A program made the translations under genes and the position numbers. Below the pieces are notes generated by a model that was not told the origin of the DNA, did not search any database, and saw only the letters and a program-made list of their open reading frames with translations. Below, one piece after another: positions 1-14,432 of a stretch of 64,000 bases of DNA. Position 1 is the stretch's first letter, and each line of letters begins with the position of its first letter. The stretch comes from Octopus vulgaris. Its lineage: Eukaryota. The stretch spans positions 87,420,001-87,484,000 of the forward strand of contig OX597825.1 of the NCBI GenBank assembly GCA_951406725.2, given 5' to 3'.

Positions 1-881
1 TCAGTATTTGGCTCGTATGATTTTTAGTTCTAAAATTTTATGGTTTTATACAAAATGTTCATATTGCATTAAGATAGAGCAACGTTAAAACTGATAATTT
101 TAGTAGAACGTTGCCGTTTCGGATATTTTGAAAAACATTTTGTCGAAGCTAATTAGCTGAAGGCTGCAGATTTGCATGACACTAGAGAATATTCGGTTGT
201 GTTACCATCATGAAATCGATAATTAATGAATTGTATTTAAGATGAAAGAGAAGTACTATGCTCCGAGCTTTGATCAATAAACAAGAGAATTCTATGAACA
301 TATTTGACAGAGAATAATATATATATATCGCCTTAATCCTGTACCCGACATTGCTTTCCTACAACCTGCCGGACTAATTGTAGAGCAAGCCGAATGAAAA
401 TCTGCGGTATACATGAGATTTGGCAATTGCATATGATAAAAGGTAATTTATATTCAATATTTCATGGATTGATTAAAGTAATCTAGCAAATTCTTCAATA
501 TCAATACATCCTGTAGTTGTTGTTATCTACTGTGTAACAAATCTATGAATAATTGATTACTTATGTGCTGCCCGGAAAGCACGAAATTCTTCTGTAGGAG
601 ATCAGTTTCTATCCAGTTAACCGATATGTCATTTCGACGTGTCACTAAGGTGGCGGTGGTGGAGCGGTGGCGGTGGTGGTGGCGAGAGGGTCTTTCTAAT
701 ATTACTTACACGAGATTAGTATTATATCGGTCAGTTGGAGATGAAATGGTCTCAGGAAATGGAAATTTATAAGTTTCCGGAAATGCATGTAAGAGTTAAT
801 ATATTTTAAATTTGTGAAATGGCGTTTCAAATAACCACACAAGTCTGAGCCACCCGTTTATAACTATACACATACATTCTA

Positions 882-960
<79 letters not shown>

Positions 961-2626
961 TAGATGTATGTACGTGTGTGTGTGTGCGTACACATACAAA
1001 CAAATGCACACGCATGCACACACGTATGAATACATGAAAATGTCCCTTACCTGTGGTAGAGAATGTGGACAGTTTGAATAATGTATGTTATGTACGGAGG
1101 GTAAAAAGACCGACAGCAATCAAAAACCAGCTTATAAGGCCAAAGTTAAGCACCGTAACAAATCATTTTCTTTAATCATACAAATGTGTCTTAAATATAA
1201 ATACATATAAAAATTATTTAATATAAAAAAATATATTCATACTGTAGTTGCTGTGTGAATATTAATCAAATAAGCTATTCGCACTGGCAAAGCTTCCATT
1301 TGTATAGATGTGTAGGCATAATATGTCCGTATAGTTGTGGACTTCGTTTTCAAAGTTTGAGGTCGAGCGTTCAATCCCAGTTCATAGAATCTTAGCCGAA
1401 TGTCATTTCTAGAACCTTGGATCGACTCATACCTTGTGAGAGATATTGGGCAAATGGGCAATATAGAGGAGACTACCAGGTGGATAGTACAAATGGTGGA
1501 GTCCTGTCTTACAGGGAATTACATTGATTTCATCTTAGAATTGCTTTAAAGAGTCTCCGTGGAATACTCAGCTACTTCATTGATAATTAGCGAGCAGATA
1601 ATTCCGTTAATCAAACAACCAGATCCCCTTTGTGAAAGGCTGAAGATCCACTATCGCCACCAGCACTACATCTCTCCCTCTTTCTCTTTCTCTTTCGCCC
1701 TCTCTTTATTTCTCTATATATCTGTGTGGGTGTGAGTGTGTGTATGTGTGTGTGCGTGTGTACACATATACATATATGTATAGACGTCTGAAGCTGAAGA
1801 CACGCTATATTGCATTTCCGAATTTATCGTTTGATTACTTTTGCTGTCTCTTCTGTATTCGGAAGAGTTTCTTTTATACGGGTTTATTTATGTATTGCCA
1901 ATTGAAACTACTTGAAACTGTAGACGCATTCGGATTCTTAGTTGCAATTAGCTCTTGTTTTCTTTCTGAATAAGTAGATATATTGCCTCTGTCACCCATT
2001 AAATGCGTCTTCTGCGAGCGCAATATAAATCATCTGGATACCACGTTCGAATATTAATTTGACTCGATACAGTAATGGCTTTCGGAGGCTGTTGTATTCG
2101 AGTCGAAACGATATTGTGTGATTGTGAAGCACTTGCTTTTGTGGACCGATTTCCATTCAGTTGTTAATATTTTCTCATTGATTGAACAGGAAATTATGTT
2201 CCTACATTTGTGTAATCAACGGAATTATTGTACGAAACTTGAAGGAGAATGGTATTGAAATCAATTCATTAAGCTTGTCTGCAATTAAAACTACAACACC
2301 GTACGTATTTGGATCGAGAGTATGCCAGCTATACCTACTTCAGAAGTACTATGTCAAGGCACAAGCTTGAAGTGTTCAATAAAACAAGTTGTGTCGAGAA
2401 TAGTAAAAGCATCTCGAATAAGTTGTCTGCAATTAACTTATTAGAATAGCATTTGTAAGGATAAGCGCTAAATGAAAAATTAGCCGTTCATAAAAATATT
2501 TAATTCAGAAATATTTTTCCACAGTTGGCCTGGAGGAGAACAGCAGAATTATGAGAGTCAATAAATATCTAAGCTGCTTATTTTATAGTCACCAATTCTT
2601 TATGCAAGTACTTTGTTGAAAATCTG

Positions 2627-2808
<182 letters not shown>

Positions 2809-2829
2809 AATGTAAACCGACGTACCATT

Positions 2830-3094
2830 AGTTACGAGCTCCAGCTTGTCCGATGAATAGAGCAGCCTGCTTGTGCAGCTTACGCGCAAGTGGCTGCATG
2901 TTCCACAGACACGCGTAACAGCATGACACAGAATGTGCTGGCCTTCAAATATAGATACAGCTCAGTTTTGGGAGTTGGGTGACCTTGAGCAAGGGGGAAT
3001 AAAGGGCTTCGCTGAATGACACAATGCGCCGCCGGAATTCCACCTCAGCCATGAAACCTTGAGCTGAATAACCTTAACAGCCAAGCCACGTGCC
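2830..3094 (-). mobile_element. Decayed SINE family D copy
   Basis: gcaagtggctg...tccacagacacg and aagccacgtgcc are reverse complements of the family D tail and head. Confidence 0.65.
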
Positions 3095-3156
3095 ATAATA
3101 CAGACATCCACACACTTATACATATGTATTCATACGTCTCTCTTAATATATATCTG

Positions 3157-3210
<54 letters not shown>

Positions 3211-3296
3211 CATACACATATACATATGCATATATATATATATATATATACACACGCACACACACACATATATATGTATATTGTATATAGGTATAC

Positions 3297-3360
<64 letters not shown>

Positions 3361-3363
<3 letters not shown>

Positions 3364-4399
3364 TTCGATAGGTGAATGAATTATCCAATTTTTACCGGCA
3401 ACATGGAAAATTCGATGAACCGATACCAGGGTAGCAAATTCACGTTAGTAATACGGTTGAAGCGACCTGTCCAAGGGTAGAAAATCCGGGTTTATGTCCA
3501 GAAATTTGTGTGTTATATATATATAAATAAATAAATGGAGTTGAACGAAGATGTTAACAAAATTCCTTTACTCTCGACATATGTTTCGAAGACAACGTGG
3601 TTTTATTTCAAAGGAATAAACGGTGCAAAATGCAATCTTCTCATTAGGAAAGAAAGGGAGCGTCTCTCAACAACAAGACAAAACAATAATTGCGATGACT
3701 GCCTACATGGTAAACAAAACGATAATAAGTGTTTAAAAAAAACCGTTAGTAGAATTGACGTCAAAGTTAGATAGTAGGAAGAGAAGGGTTAAATGAATAA
3801 TAAGTAGGGAACAAGTAAAGAGGGGGAGGGGTACGTTGATTAAAAGAATGTTCAAAGGCTTAGGAAAGAATTTCTCTACTGAAGTGGAGTGCACGTTAAG
3901 CTAATTGTTCAAACTATAATGACTATCGAAATCATTTATATGAGTAAAAAGTATGTTTCTGCCAGTGTTTACATTTGTACGATTTCTCTATAAGTGTGTT
4001 TACAAGGGAATCCTTAGAGAAGAGAATATGGAAGAGTTGAGAGTTGCATATGTTACAAAATTTCCTGCCCTTATCAAAAGGAAAGGATACAGACAGTATG
4101 AACCAATCTAACTTAAAATCTATATTATTGTCTTTAAGACACCAAACTAATTTACTTAGCCCTGTACTATGTCGTTTTTTACTATCCCTAAATAATGAAT
4201 AATGGTTTGAAATTCTCTTGGATAACTGGGAAGTGGACGCACCTATATAGAAGAAGAAATCGGTACTGGAAGAAATTTTACACTGGTATATAGAATTCTT
4301 AATCTTAGAATTACTAGACAAAAATTTAATTCTGTTTCGAACTCGGAGGACAACCCCAACAGAATTAAATTTTTGGATAACTCTGATACACACTGTCAA
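3361..4399 (-). mobile_element. 3' part of a Penelope-like retroelement: GIY-YIG endonuclease ORF remnant (3932-4399) plus downstream pseudo-LTR
   Basis: ORF contains SIYQCKISS...YIGAST..LSKRISNH, STGLSKLVW.LK, CNIC and CKH, a GIY-YIG pattern of PLE type. The non-coding 3' part carries a hammerhead motif and runs into (TA)n. No RT portion is visible; boundaries approximate. Confidence 0.8.
3571..3652 (-). ncRNA. Type-I hammerhead ribozyme motif in the Penelope pseudo-LTR (G5>A core mutation)
   Basis: Minus strand reads CTTTC-CTAATGA-GAAGA..(~43 nt)..TCTTC-GAAA-CATATG-TC-GAGAG. Stem I CTTTC/GAGAG, stem II GAAGA/TCTTC, palindromic stem III ACATATGT, GUC site. Confidence 0.7.
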
Positions 4400-7300
4400 C
4401 AGACTCGCCTATTTCCCCAAATTTCTATTCATAACAGAATAAATTCTCACTTGAGTCACATTGTAATCAACTGAACTAACATTTGTGATATCACCGTTCA
4501 GTTCTTCTTATTCCTGCTGCCCCTACAACTGAGACTTCTTTGTACGATATTACAAAACGCAAGCCTGTGTCCTGTTGCTTCATTTATAGCTAGGTTTAGA
4601 AACGCTGGTTAACCCCAGGCCAGCTCTCATCGGACAGTATTACGATGAAAATCATTTGATCTACAATCATTCTTTCTATTTTTAGTGGACCCACGACTTT
4701 ACGCACAGGAAAAATGCCTCTATTACGGCTGTAAATGCAATTTAAGTGATATTTGGTCGCTATTTCCAGAAGGTATACTGACCACGAAGGAATTCTGTTC
4801 TTCACTTTGTATAACTGTGTCCTTACGATGCTCACCAGCGATTAGTTTAAAGGGTCACTTTCAATTCTATAGTGGGATTAATTTCCAATCTCTTGATGGA
4901 ATCAATGTAAACTGTCATACATGAAATCAATTGGAGGTTTTGTAGAATATGTCGTTGCCAGTAGCAACATCGTGACAGCATTTAACGAGCGACTCCCTTC
5001 TTCAGACGCTAATCCCAAATAGATTTACCGTATTTCTGATTATTAATAAGCGCTGTGGAGAATTCATTTTGAACCTCGATATAATTTAGCGATCGTAGTA
5101 TCTTTTCTATATAAAATGATTGTAGAAAGTGGATTTTCAAAAAGAAAATGGCATTTATTCAAGAAAAAGTCCCAAAACCCTTGAATTATGACACGAAAAT
5201 ATAATCAGTTTAAAATTAGGGATTATTCTCTATATTTCCTCGCATTTATTCATGACAGGTTTTATACTCGGCAACCTAGAGCCACGTTTCCTTAAGATAT
5301 GTTGACGTATTTCATAGTAGCATGAATCCACATGAATTAACATCCGAATAAAAGACACAGTGAAACAGAGAATAATATCCCTAAAATTCTTTCTCAATTT
5401 TTGATTGGATGGAAATTCTTAAAATTACCTTCAAAAATTATTCAGATTTTTTTTTATTACTTATTTTTTGGAATTCTGTTTTCGTAATATTGATACAAAA
5501 TGATTTAATAGAGAAGCAATTTAAAAACTTTTTTATTAATATTTAATATTCTTACGTAATGGTAACCAGTATACCCTTTAATTATTATCAAGTAGATATT
5601 TCAAGTAGGGAATACTTTGAGGAATACATAACAGGATAGAGAGACAAATGACTAAATTCATGGACTTTTGTGAATGATGCAACATACATTCTAAGTGGTT
5701 ATGGATGCTGAAATCAATCGATATTATTAGTATATATTTAGTATATATTTACTAATTATTCTATTGATTTATATGAGGTTTGAATACTGAGCCGAATGTA
5801 AAAATAAATTCTGTAGAGAATTTAATAAAGTGCTCAACGCTTTTGACAACCTCCTTTAATGTAAATTACATGCAAATTAATAATATAATGAAATGCATAG
5901 TGGCAGCTGGGAATGATGAGGTCTGTATATCTTGTTCGTGGTGTTCGACGAATTATCAACAAAGTTTAAAATCTCTAATAAACGTAACTCATTTCAAGTC
6001 TGTTATCGTGCGATGTATGAAAAGAAATAATAAACGATCAGAGAGTATCAATTGCTTCTTTTATCACATTTGTAAATGTTTGATCTGATCAGGTGTAAAA
6101 ACGGTATTCCCATTTTCCTTTGATAATATCGATCTACATTATTTACTGCCTATTTTAGAGAGTAAATTCTGAGAGTTTTAACGCTGTTTCAAGCAGTTTA
6201 ATGTTCACTTTAAAACCGACTGTTCCAGAATGTACATAAACACTGTCACAGTTGCAATAATCGAGTAAAACCCGAAATGGGAAAAGAATGGTTTTATGGC
6301 AAAACGTGAGAATAAATAATTTGTAACCGCTCATATTCCTCTGTATATTTCGTAGATAAAACTAAGATGAACTAAGATTATTGTAGCAAATGGTTCACCG
6401 AAACACTGCATTAAGTTGTTTAATTTTAAATTTCATATTTTCGATAATAATTGCTATTTGCCCGAATTTCTATAAAAGGGTTGCTATCATGGAGTGTTTC
6501 CATAAGATTATACACTGGGTAAGTCTATAATTATTTAGACACTTGAAAATCTAAATATTTTAGCTTTATTTATTTTCTTCAGTCACCATTTCTTCTCATT
6601 GAGCGATACCCCGTTGGATTTTAAATTCAAAGGGCGATTATTGAACTACCTCCTCCTGTTGCTGTTCAAAACGCTTTACAGTTATAATTGTCAAACCTGC
6701 TTAGATTCCTTGAAATCTAAATTGATATAACATATAACTAATACACACTTTACGTGTCAAATGAAGTAAGTAGACTTAATCACCCACATTTGCAATTGGT
6801 GTAGAAGACACTGCAAGTCATGGAGACAATTGAGAATATGGTCTGCAATCTGCTTTAGGAAGATAAATATCTGCTGACATGGCAACTCGGTGAGCTCATT
6901 GGGATGAAATCTATTCGTCTGCTCGATGTGTTATTATCAATTATTATGTAAATATAAGTATATCGGCAAAGATGACAATTGCTAATAAGGATAAATATGG
7001 AGACAACATTACATTAAACAAATCCATTCCAAATACCAAATACGATGGATTTTGTGTCCATAAAAATCTTTTTGATTTCATTTTAATGAAGAGTTAGTCA
7101 TTCCGTAGATTTATAAAAGTGTTTTTAATCCCATCTTTTATAGCAAAACATTTGCAAACATCGCCCTACAATGTCTAAAGAGTATTAATACATATATATA
7201 AATGCTTTTAAACAGTCTTGGTTTATCTCAACCTTGATTGAAGAAACAAACTTAACGTGATTTCAACGTGAGTTTGAATATCACCGACAAACCATGGCCT

Positions 7301-8050
7301 CAGCCTTGCGTTCATGAATTTCGCCACTGTGTGTGCCACTGGATGCGGCACCTCGCCCAACCACAACAACACGTTGGTGTACTTCGCAGTGTATAAATTC
7401 TAGAATTATGGCCACAAACCAATGAATGGAAGCGACTATAGACACTTAGTGTATATACCCACTAGTACACACACACACACACAAACACAACACACACAGA
7501 CACACGCAAGACAAGCTTTAATTATCAAATATATTATGTTTTGTGCACACGCACACAAGCACATATACACACACACACACATGCACACGCATACATTTAT
7601 ACATGTATATAATATATTATAGATAAATATTTTATTGTTTAATAGACACATATATACAAAATTGTACACAAACATATCTGTACGCCTCCTCCTCATCCTT
7701 CTCCGCCTCCTCCTCCTCACCACCACCACCACTACCACCACAACCACCACAACCAGTAATCATCATCATGTAAGCACCTTAAACATTTAACAACGAAAAC
7801 ATTGACGTAGCTCAGGAAATATATTTTGTTTATGAAAAGCAAGACTAGTTTATTATAAAATGTTTGATTTCCGGTGCGTCGTAGCTCCTTGTTTATGCTG
7901 TGAGAGTATCGATAATTTAACGGACGCACAATATATCACTTTGATCGCACACACAAACAAACACACACACACAGACACACACACTCACACACATGTATAG
8001 ACAAACATACATATGCATATATATATACACGTATACACACATACACTCAC

Positions 8051-8148
<98 letters not shown>

Positions 8149-8699
8149 TGTGCATGTGTGTTTGTGTGTTTGTGTGTGCGCGTGTAAATGAATGATTATA
8201 TATGTATATATAGGTACCAATATAATTTGTATATATTTAGGCAATTCTATATAACTATGAAATATGCATTACTTTTCTTTCTTCTAATAAAATGTAAATG
8301 TTTAATATAATCTTATTGCTTTAATTTTATTTTATACGAAATTCCTTTGAAGTAAGCACAAGAACTTTTGGCACTTTCTTGTTAAGAGTTTCGTTTCTGA
8401 TGAAGCAACCTACAAAAATCTTGTGAACAAAAGCAACAAAACAATTTAAAAACGTGTCATTTCTTAACAGACTAAAATAAACACAAAACAATTTTTTTTA
8501 AAACCCAACAAATTGCATAAATAAAGCATGTTTTCCTTATGTTTTGAAAACTACAAAGGAAATCTAATGGAAATATTCTAAAGAATATTTACATATTATT
8601 CAATGTTAAGAACAAATCAGTAATATATAACTTGACAAATTCATACCTCGCTACTTCTCTCTTCTTGTGTATTTATTCGATGATTTGAATCCCCATACG

Positions 8700-9110
8700 A
8701 CTAATACTACAAATGGAAATACCATTGTCAAACTCTTAATGTAATTAGGAAACGCATTCTCATCTCATAAACACCAAGCAATTCTAATACAAATTTCTTT
8801 AAAATCCCCAAATATTCAAAATTTTAAGCGCATCCTATCAAACATAAACCGTAAACTATTGGTGACCAACATTTAAACCCAATTGACACACATTTTATTG
8901 CTCGGTCAAAAAGCCTCGATAGCTTCGTTGATAACAACAAACTCATCAAATTCCTAATGTTACAAATTCAAATCAGTCTCCATCTTACTCAATAATATTT
9001 CCTTTGGCATTGCAACAGAACATCCTTAGCTTCTTCCCACACTCTCAAAGCACATGTTGTACCATGAGGTTCTTTAGCAAATGCCGCCATGAAGAACAAA
9101 ATAAAATACT
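8700..9110 (+). pseudogene. Possible very decayed Penelope-like ORF fragment
   Basis: Scattered translated motifs NFKRILSNINRKL and FFSKCRH resemble the PLE linker and C-terminal KCRH; many frameshifts. Confidence 0.35.
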
Positions 9111-9249
9111 TGAGCTGAAACTAAAAGTTTTACTTTCATTCCCTCTCAGCTCATGCAACATGTCCAAATTTAAAACACCCTTGCATTAACAGGGACAAAA
9201 TCGCCCCTCGGAAACTTTGATGTTACAACTTCTTGTTTTAAAAGCTTGT

Positions 9250-9312
<63 letters not shown>

Positions 9313-9322
<10 letters not shown>

Positions 9323-9379
9323 TAACCTATAAATATATATATATATTTATATATTCATATACACACACACATAATACAT

Positions 9380-9434
<55 letters not shown>

Positions 9435-10229
9435 ATTCTAATGGAACGAGTTTGAAATTACATGACATCCTTTACAAAGTGTAAATCTTGTTTATGCGTT
9501 TTCAACCCGAAGAATGTTTTGCACGTCAGAGGCAAATCTATTGAATTCTTCCTTGTTGACATGGTTTCCTTATAAACTATTTTGCTATAACACATACACG
9601 CACACACGAATACGCATAGAAAAACAACTACACGCACCTAACATTTCTCAGTTTCCGAAAAAGAAAACCTGTTTCAAACTTGTAAACATACGTTACATTT
9701 ATATTTAGACAGTCTTATTCAAATAAAAATATTAGTTGTTGGAGATAATACAATAATTTAAAGCAACAACTTCTATGCCTCATCGTCGAAACAGATGAAG
9801 TATTCGAACACGTTTTACATTATATTTATATAATGAGCTAGAAGTGTACATCATATCAAAATATATACAATTACTCATGAATGCGTGTGTGTAGAGGCGG
9901 GCGTACGACGCCAGAGCCATTAGCTTTAGTCAGCTTGCTCATTAAATTTTAAAACAACTATAATCACTTACATATGTTATTAAAATCATGTTTATTTCTC
10001 TCTCTCTCTCTCTGTCTGTCTCTCTCTCTCTATTTCTCTCAGTCTGTCTGTCTGTCTCTCGCTCTAGGACAGAAGTGCCTGTGTGGTAAGTAGCTTGCTT
10101 CTTACCAACCACATGGTTCCGCGTTCTGTTCCACTGCGTGGCACTTTGGTCAAGTGTCTTCTACTATAGCTGCGGGTCGACCAAATCCTTGTGAGTGGAT
10201 ATGGTAGACGGAAACTAAAAGAAGCCCGT

Positions 10230-10280
<51 letters not shown>

Positions 10281-10337
10281 TAACCTATAAATATATATAT
10301 ATATTTATATATTCATATACACACACACATAATACAT

Positions 10338-10396
<59 letters not shown>

Positions 10397-11194
10397 ATTC
10401 TAATGGAACGAGTTTGAAATTACATGACATCCTTTACAAAGTGTAAATCTTGTTTATGCGTTTTCAACCCGAAGAATGTTTTGCACGTGGAGAGGCAAAT
10501 CTATTGAATTCTTCCTTGTTGACATGGTTTCCTTATAAACTATTTTGCTATAACACATACACGCACACACGAATACGCATAGAAAAACAACTACACGCAC
10601 CTAACATTTCTCAGTTTCCGAAAAAGAAAACCTGTTTCAAACTTGTAAACATGCGTTACATTTATATTTAGACAGTCTTATTCAAATAAAAATATTAGTT
10701 GTTGGAGATAATACAATAATTTAAAGCAACAACTTCTATGCCTCATCGTCGAAATAGATGAAGTATTCGAACACGTTTTACATTATATTTATATAATGAG
10801 CTAGAAGTGTACATCATATCAAAATATATACAATTACTCATGAATGCGTGTGTGTAGAGGCGGGCGTACGACGCCAGAGCCATTAGCTTTAGTCAGCTTG
10901 CTCATTAAATTTTAAAACAACTATAATCACTTACATATGTTATTAAAATCATGTTTATTTCTCTCTCTCTCTCTCTCTGTCTGTCTCTCTCTCTCTATTT
11001 CTCTCAGTCTGTCTGTCTGTCTCTCGCTCTAGGACAGAAGTGCCTGTGTGGTAAGTAGCTTGCTTCTTACCAACCAAATGGTTCCGCGTTCTGTTCCACT
11101 GCGTGGCACTTTGGCCAAGTGTCTTCTACTATAGCTGCGGGTCGACCAAATCCTTGTGAGTGGATTTGGTAGACGGAAACTAAAAGAAGCCCGT

Positions 11195-11196
<2 letters not shown>
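9313..11196. repeat. Near-identical tandem duplication, unit ~960 bp (9313-10231 and 10271-11196)
   Basis: Same unique sequence twice with about 7 point differences seen outside the microsatellites; junctions fall in (TA)n tracts. Confidence 0.95.
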
Positions 11197-11258
<62 letters not shown>

Positions 11259-11455
11259 TGTGTATGTGTGTTTGTCCCCTCAACACCGCTTGACAACCGA
11301 TGCTGGTGTATTTACGTCCCCGTAACTTAGCTGTTCGGTAACAAAGACCGATAGAATAAGTGCTAGGCTTACAAAGAATGACTCCTGGGGTGGATGTATT
11401 CGACCAAAGGAAGTGCTCCAGCATAGCCGAAGTCAAATGACTGAAACAAATAAGA
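11031..11455 (+). mobile_element. tRNA-derived SINE, family B (full length, internal TA/TG tract); its 5' half is duplicated at 10066-10231
   Basis: A-box-like tgtgtggtaag and a decayed B-box-like region, then ...gacggaaact.aaagaagcccgtc(TA)n...gtgctccagcat.gccg.agtcaaatgactgaaaca. Several copies in the window. Confidence 0.85.
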
Positions 11456-11471
11456 GGAACAGACTAAAAGA

Positions 11472-11516
<45 letters not shown>

Positions 11517-11554
11517 CATGTATATGAACAATTCTGTGTATAGCGTTTGACCTT

Positions 11555-11730
11555 TTGTCATTCATTTGTTTTAGACATTGGGCTTCGACCATGCTGGAGC
11601 ACTACCTTCAAGGATCTTATCGAGCTAATCGACCCTGTTTATATTCTAGAGGTTGCTTTAGTTGAGCGCTAAGTCACGGGGATGCAAACAAACCAGCACC
11701 AGATGTTAAGCAGTGGCAGGGGGCAAACTC
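11555..11730 (-). mobile_element. Decayed 3' half of SINE family B, inverted relative to its neighbours
   Basis: ccatgctggagcac and ctaagtcacgggga..aaacaaaccagcacc are reverse complements of the family B tail. Confidence 0.65.
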
Positions 11731-11774
11731 AAACGCACACAATCATATATAAGCGTACATATATACATAGTATT

Positions 11775-11922
11775 ATAGTAAAAGGTTTGCTTCCGAATTA
11801 TATGGTCACGGGTTCAGTCCCACTGCGTGGTACCATGGGCAGGTGTCTTGTACTACTATAGCTTTGGGCCGACTAATGCATTGTGAGTGGATTTGGTGAA
11901 CGGAAACTGAAAGAAACCCGTC

Positions 11923-11972
<50 letters not shown>

Positions 11973-12193
11973 GTATGTTTGTGTGTATATTTGTGTGTCT
12001 GTGGTTGTCTCGTCAACATCGCTCGACAGCTGATGGTGGTGTGTTTACGTCTCGTAACGTAGCGGTTCGGCAAAAGAGCCCGATAGAATAAGTACTCGGC
12101 TTACAGAGAATAAGTCCTGGGTCGATGAACTCGACTAGAGGCGGTGCTCCAGCATGGCCATAGTCAAATGACTGAAACAAGTAAATGAGTAAA
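11775..12193 (+). mobile_element. SINE family B copy
   Basis: gggttcagtcccactgcgtgg B-box region, internal microsatellite and the same 3' tail as 11031-11455. Confidence 0.85.
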
Positions 12194-12204
12194 AGTGTGT
12201 GTGT

Positions 12205-12404
12205 ATATAGTTAATCCAAACACAATGAGAAAACACAACAACGCGAGGACGTGGAACAAGTATAGTGTTCTTGGACGCTCAGGAAAGGAAAGAAAGAAGG
12301 ATGACTTAACGTTTCGAGCGGAGATCTTCGTCAGAAGCATAGGGAAAGGAAAGATCCAAGGAATGGATGACGGAGGAAAAAAATCGCCAACGGTACACAC
12401 GAGG

Positions 12405-12408
<4 letters not shown>
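12205..12408 (-). mobile_element. Short non-autonomous hammerhead-bearing element (Penelope pLTR-like)
   Basis: Similar by eye to the copies at 12460-12715, 14175-14432 and 19125-19333; bounded by TG/TA and CA dinucleotide tracts. Confidence 0.65.
12305..12337 (-). ncRNA. Minimal type-I hammerhead ribozyme motif
   Basis: Minus strand CTT-CTGACGA-A-GATC-TCC-GCTC-GAAA-CG-TT-AAG. Intact core, stem I CTT/AAG, one mismatch in stem II, palindromic ACGT in place of stem III. Confidence 0.7.
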
Positions 12409-12455
<47 letters not shown>

Positions 12456-12459
12456 CATA

Positions 12460-14432
12460 TAATGCAAAGAAAAAACGAAATGAAAATAACGAGAAAAAAC
12501 AACAACGCGAGCACGTGAGACATGCAAAGTATTAGCAGAATCTCAGGGAAGGAAAGAAAGGTAGTTTTCCGTTTCCAGCAAAGCACTTGTTCAGAAACAG
12601 GAGAGAGAAGAAAGTCCCAGAGAAAAAAGGAAGGTGGAGGAATACATTGCCAAAGATTCACATGTGGTTACATTTTGAAATGACCGGAAGTGAATGGATA
12701 AAGAAGAAGTCCTTGCTAAGTCAGGAGAGTGTGAGAAAAGGAGGTATCTGTGTGTGTGTGTTGGTATGTGCCCGCAAGTGTGTGTGTGTGTAATAGCATG
12801 TGTGTGTATGTCTGTGTGTGTGGTGTTGGCTGTTTGTATGTGTATGTGTGAGTGAACTTTGTGACTCTTAATGTTGTAGGTAGAATTCAGCAGTATGGTA
12901 ACAGGCGTGGTGGTCTTTTGTGGAGCTGTGTGTCTCTTCACGTGGGCGTAGAGAAATGATCAGAAGAAATGCGTTTGACTGGCAGTTTGAAGTAGGTGTA
13001 TGTGTGTGTATGTATGTCTGTGCGTGTATGTATATGTTGCGTGTGTTTTGTGGCGCGCACACACACACATGTATACACACGCACACACACATACACACGT
13101 ACATACAGATGCACACGTACACATACACGCACACACGCATATACAACTACACGCACCTACTCGTACACACACACACGTCCAGGAACGCACATATGCCTCT
13201 ACACACATAACCCGTCGTACACACACAGATACACGCGCACATACACACATACGCACATGAAAGTACATATACCTCCCACACACACACAACACACTCATAC
13301 ATGCACGCACACAGTTACACATACACGGGCATTCACACATGCACATATACACACACATATACACTCACAGATACGCACACGTACGTACACACACTCACTC
13401 GAGCGCACATGTCCTTCCACACACAAAACCCCACACACATCCCCATGCAAATACATATACACGCATGCGCGTACACATACGCACATACACACATGCACAC
13501 ACACACACACATACACAGACGCACGCATACGCAACACACAAAGCACACACACCACATATACATACACGCACAGACATACACACACATACATACACATACT
13601 TCAAACTGCCAGTCAAACGCTTTTCTTCTGACCATTCCTTTGGGCACATGTGAAGAGACACACAGCTCCACAAAAGACCACCACTCCTGTTATAATACTG
13701 CTGAATTCTACCTACAACATTAAGAGACACAAAGTTCACTCACACACACACATATAAACAGCCAACGCCGCACGCACACAGAACACACATACACTCACTG
13801 ACATGCTATTACACACACACACACACACACACACAAATGCCTGCGCGCACGCACATACCCACACATACGAACACTCCTCCATCTCTCACACTCTCCTTCT
13901 CTTACACGCGTGCGTATCTGTGAGTGTATATGTGTGTGTATCTGTGCATGTGTGTATGCGCGTATATGTGTAACTGTGTGCGTGTATGTATGAGTGTGTG
14001 TTGTGTGTGTGTGGCAGGTATATGTACTTTCATGTGCGTGTACGTATGTGTGTGTGCGCGTGTATATGTGTGTGTGTATGTCGGATTATGTGTGTAGAGC
14101 ATATGTGCATTACTGGATGTGTGTGTGTGTGTGTGTGCGTGTGTGAGTGTGTGTTCGTGTGTGTGCGTGTAGCTGGAAAGAACTTTCACTTCATCCGTTC
14201 CCTTCCGGTCATTTCAAAATGTAACCATATGTGGATCGCTGACGATTATTTTTCTCCGCTTTCTTTTCTCTGGAACTTTCCTCTCTCTCCGCTTTCGGAA
14301 CAAGTGCTTTGCTCCAAACGCAAAAGACTATCTTTCTTTCTCTGACCGTCCGCTAATACTTTGCATGAATCATGTCCTCACGTTGTTGCCTTTTTCTTGG
14401 TGTTTTTTCTTCGTTTATTTTTTTTTTCTTTA
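12460..14432. repeat. ~2-kb composite inverted-repeat structure bounded by inverted pLTR-like ends with degenerate hammerheads (12564-12598 minus, 14292-14326 plus)
   Basis: Three inverted pairs read directly: ~12460-12715 vs ~14175-14432, ~12725-13055 vs ~13530-13900, ~13160-13385 vs ~13905-14170. Confidence 0.75.

Noticed and set aside
8398-8440. CTGATGAAGC motif as a possible hammerhead
   Set aside because: No matching stem II followed by GAAA, and no stem I closure.
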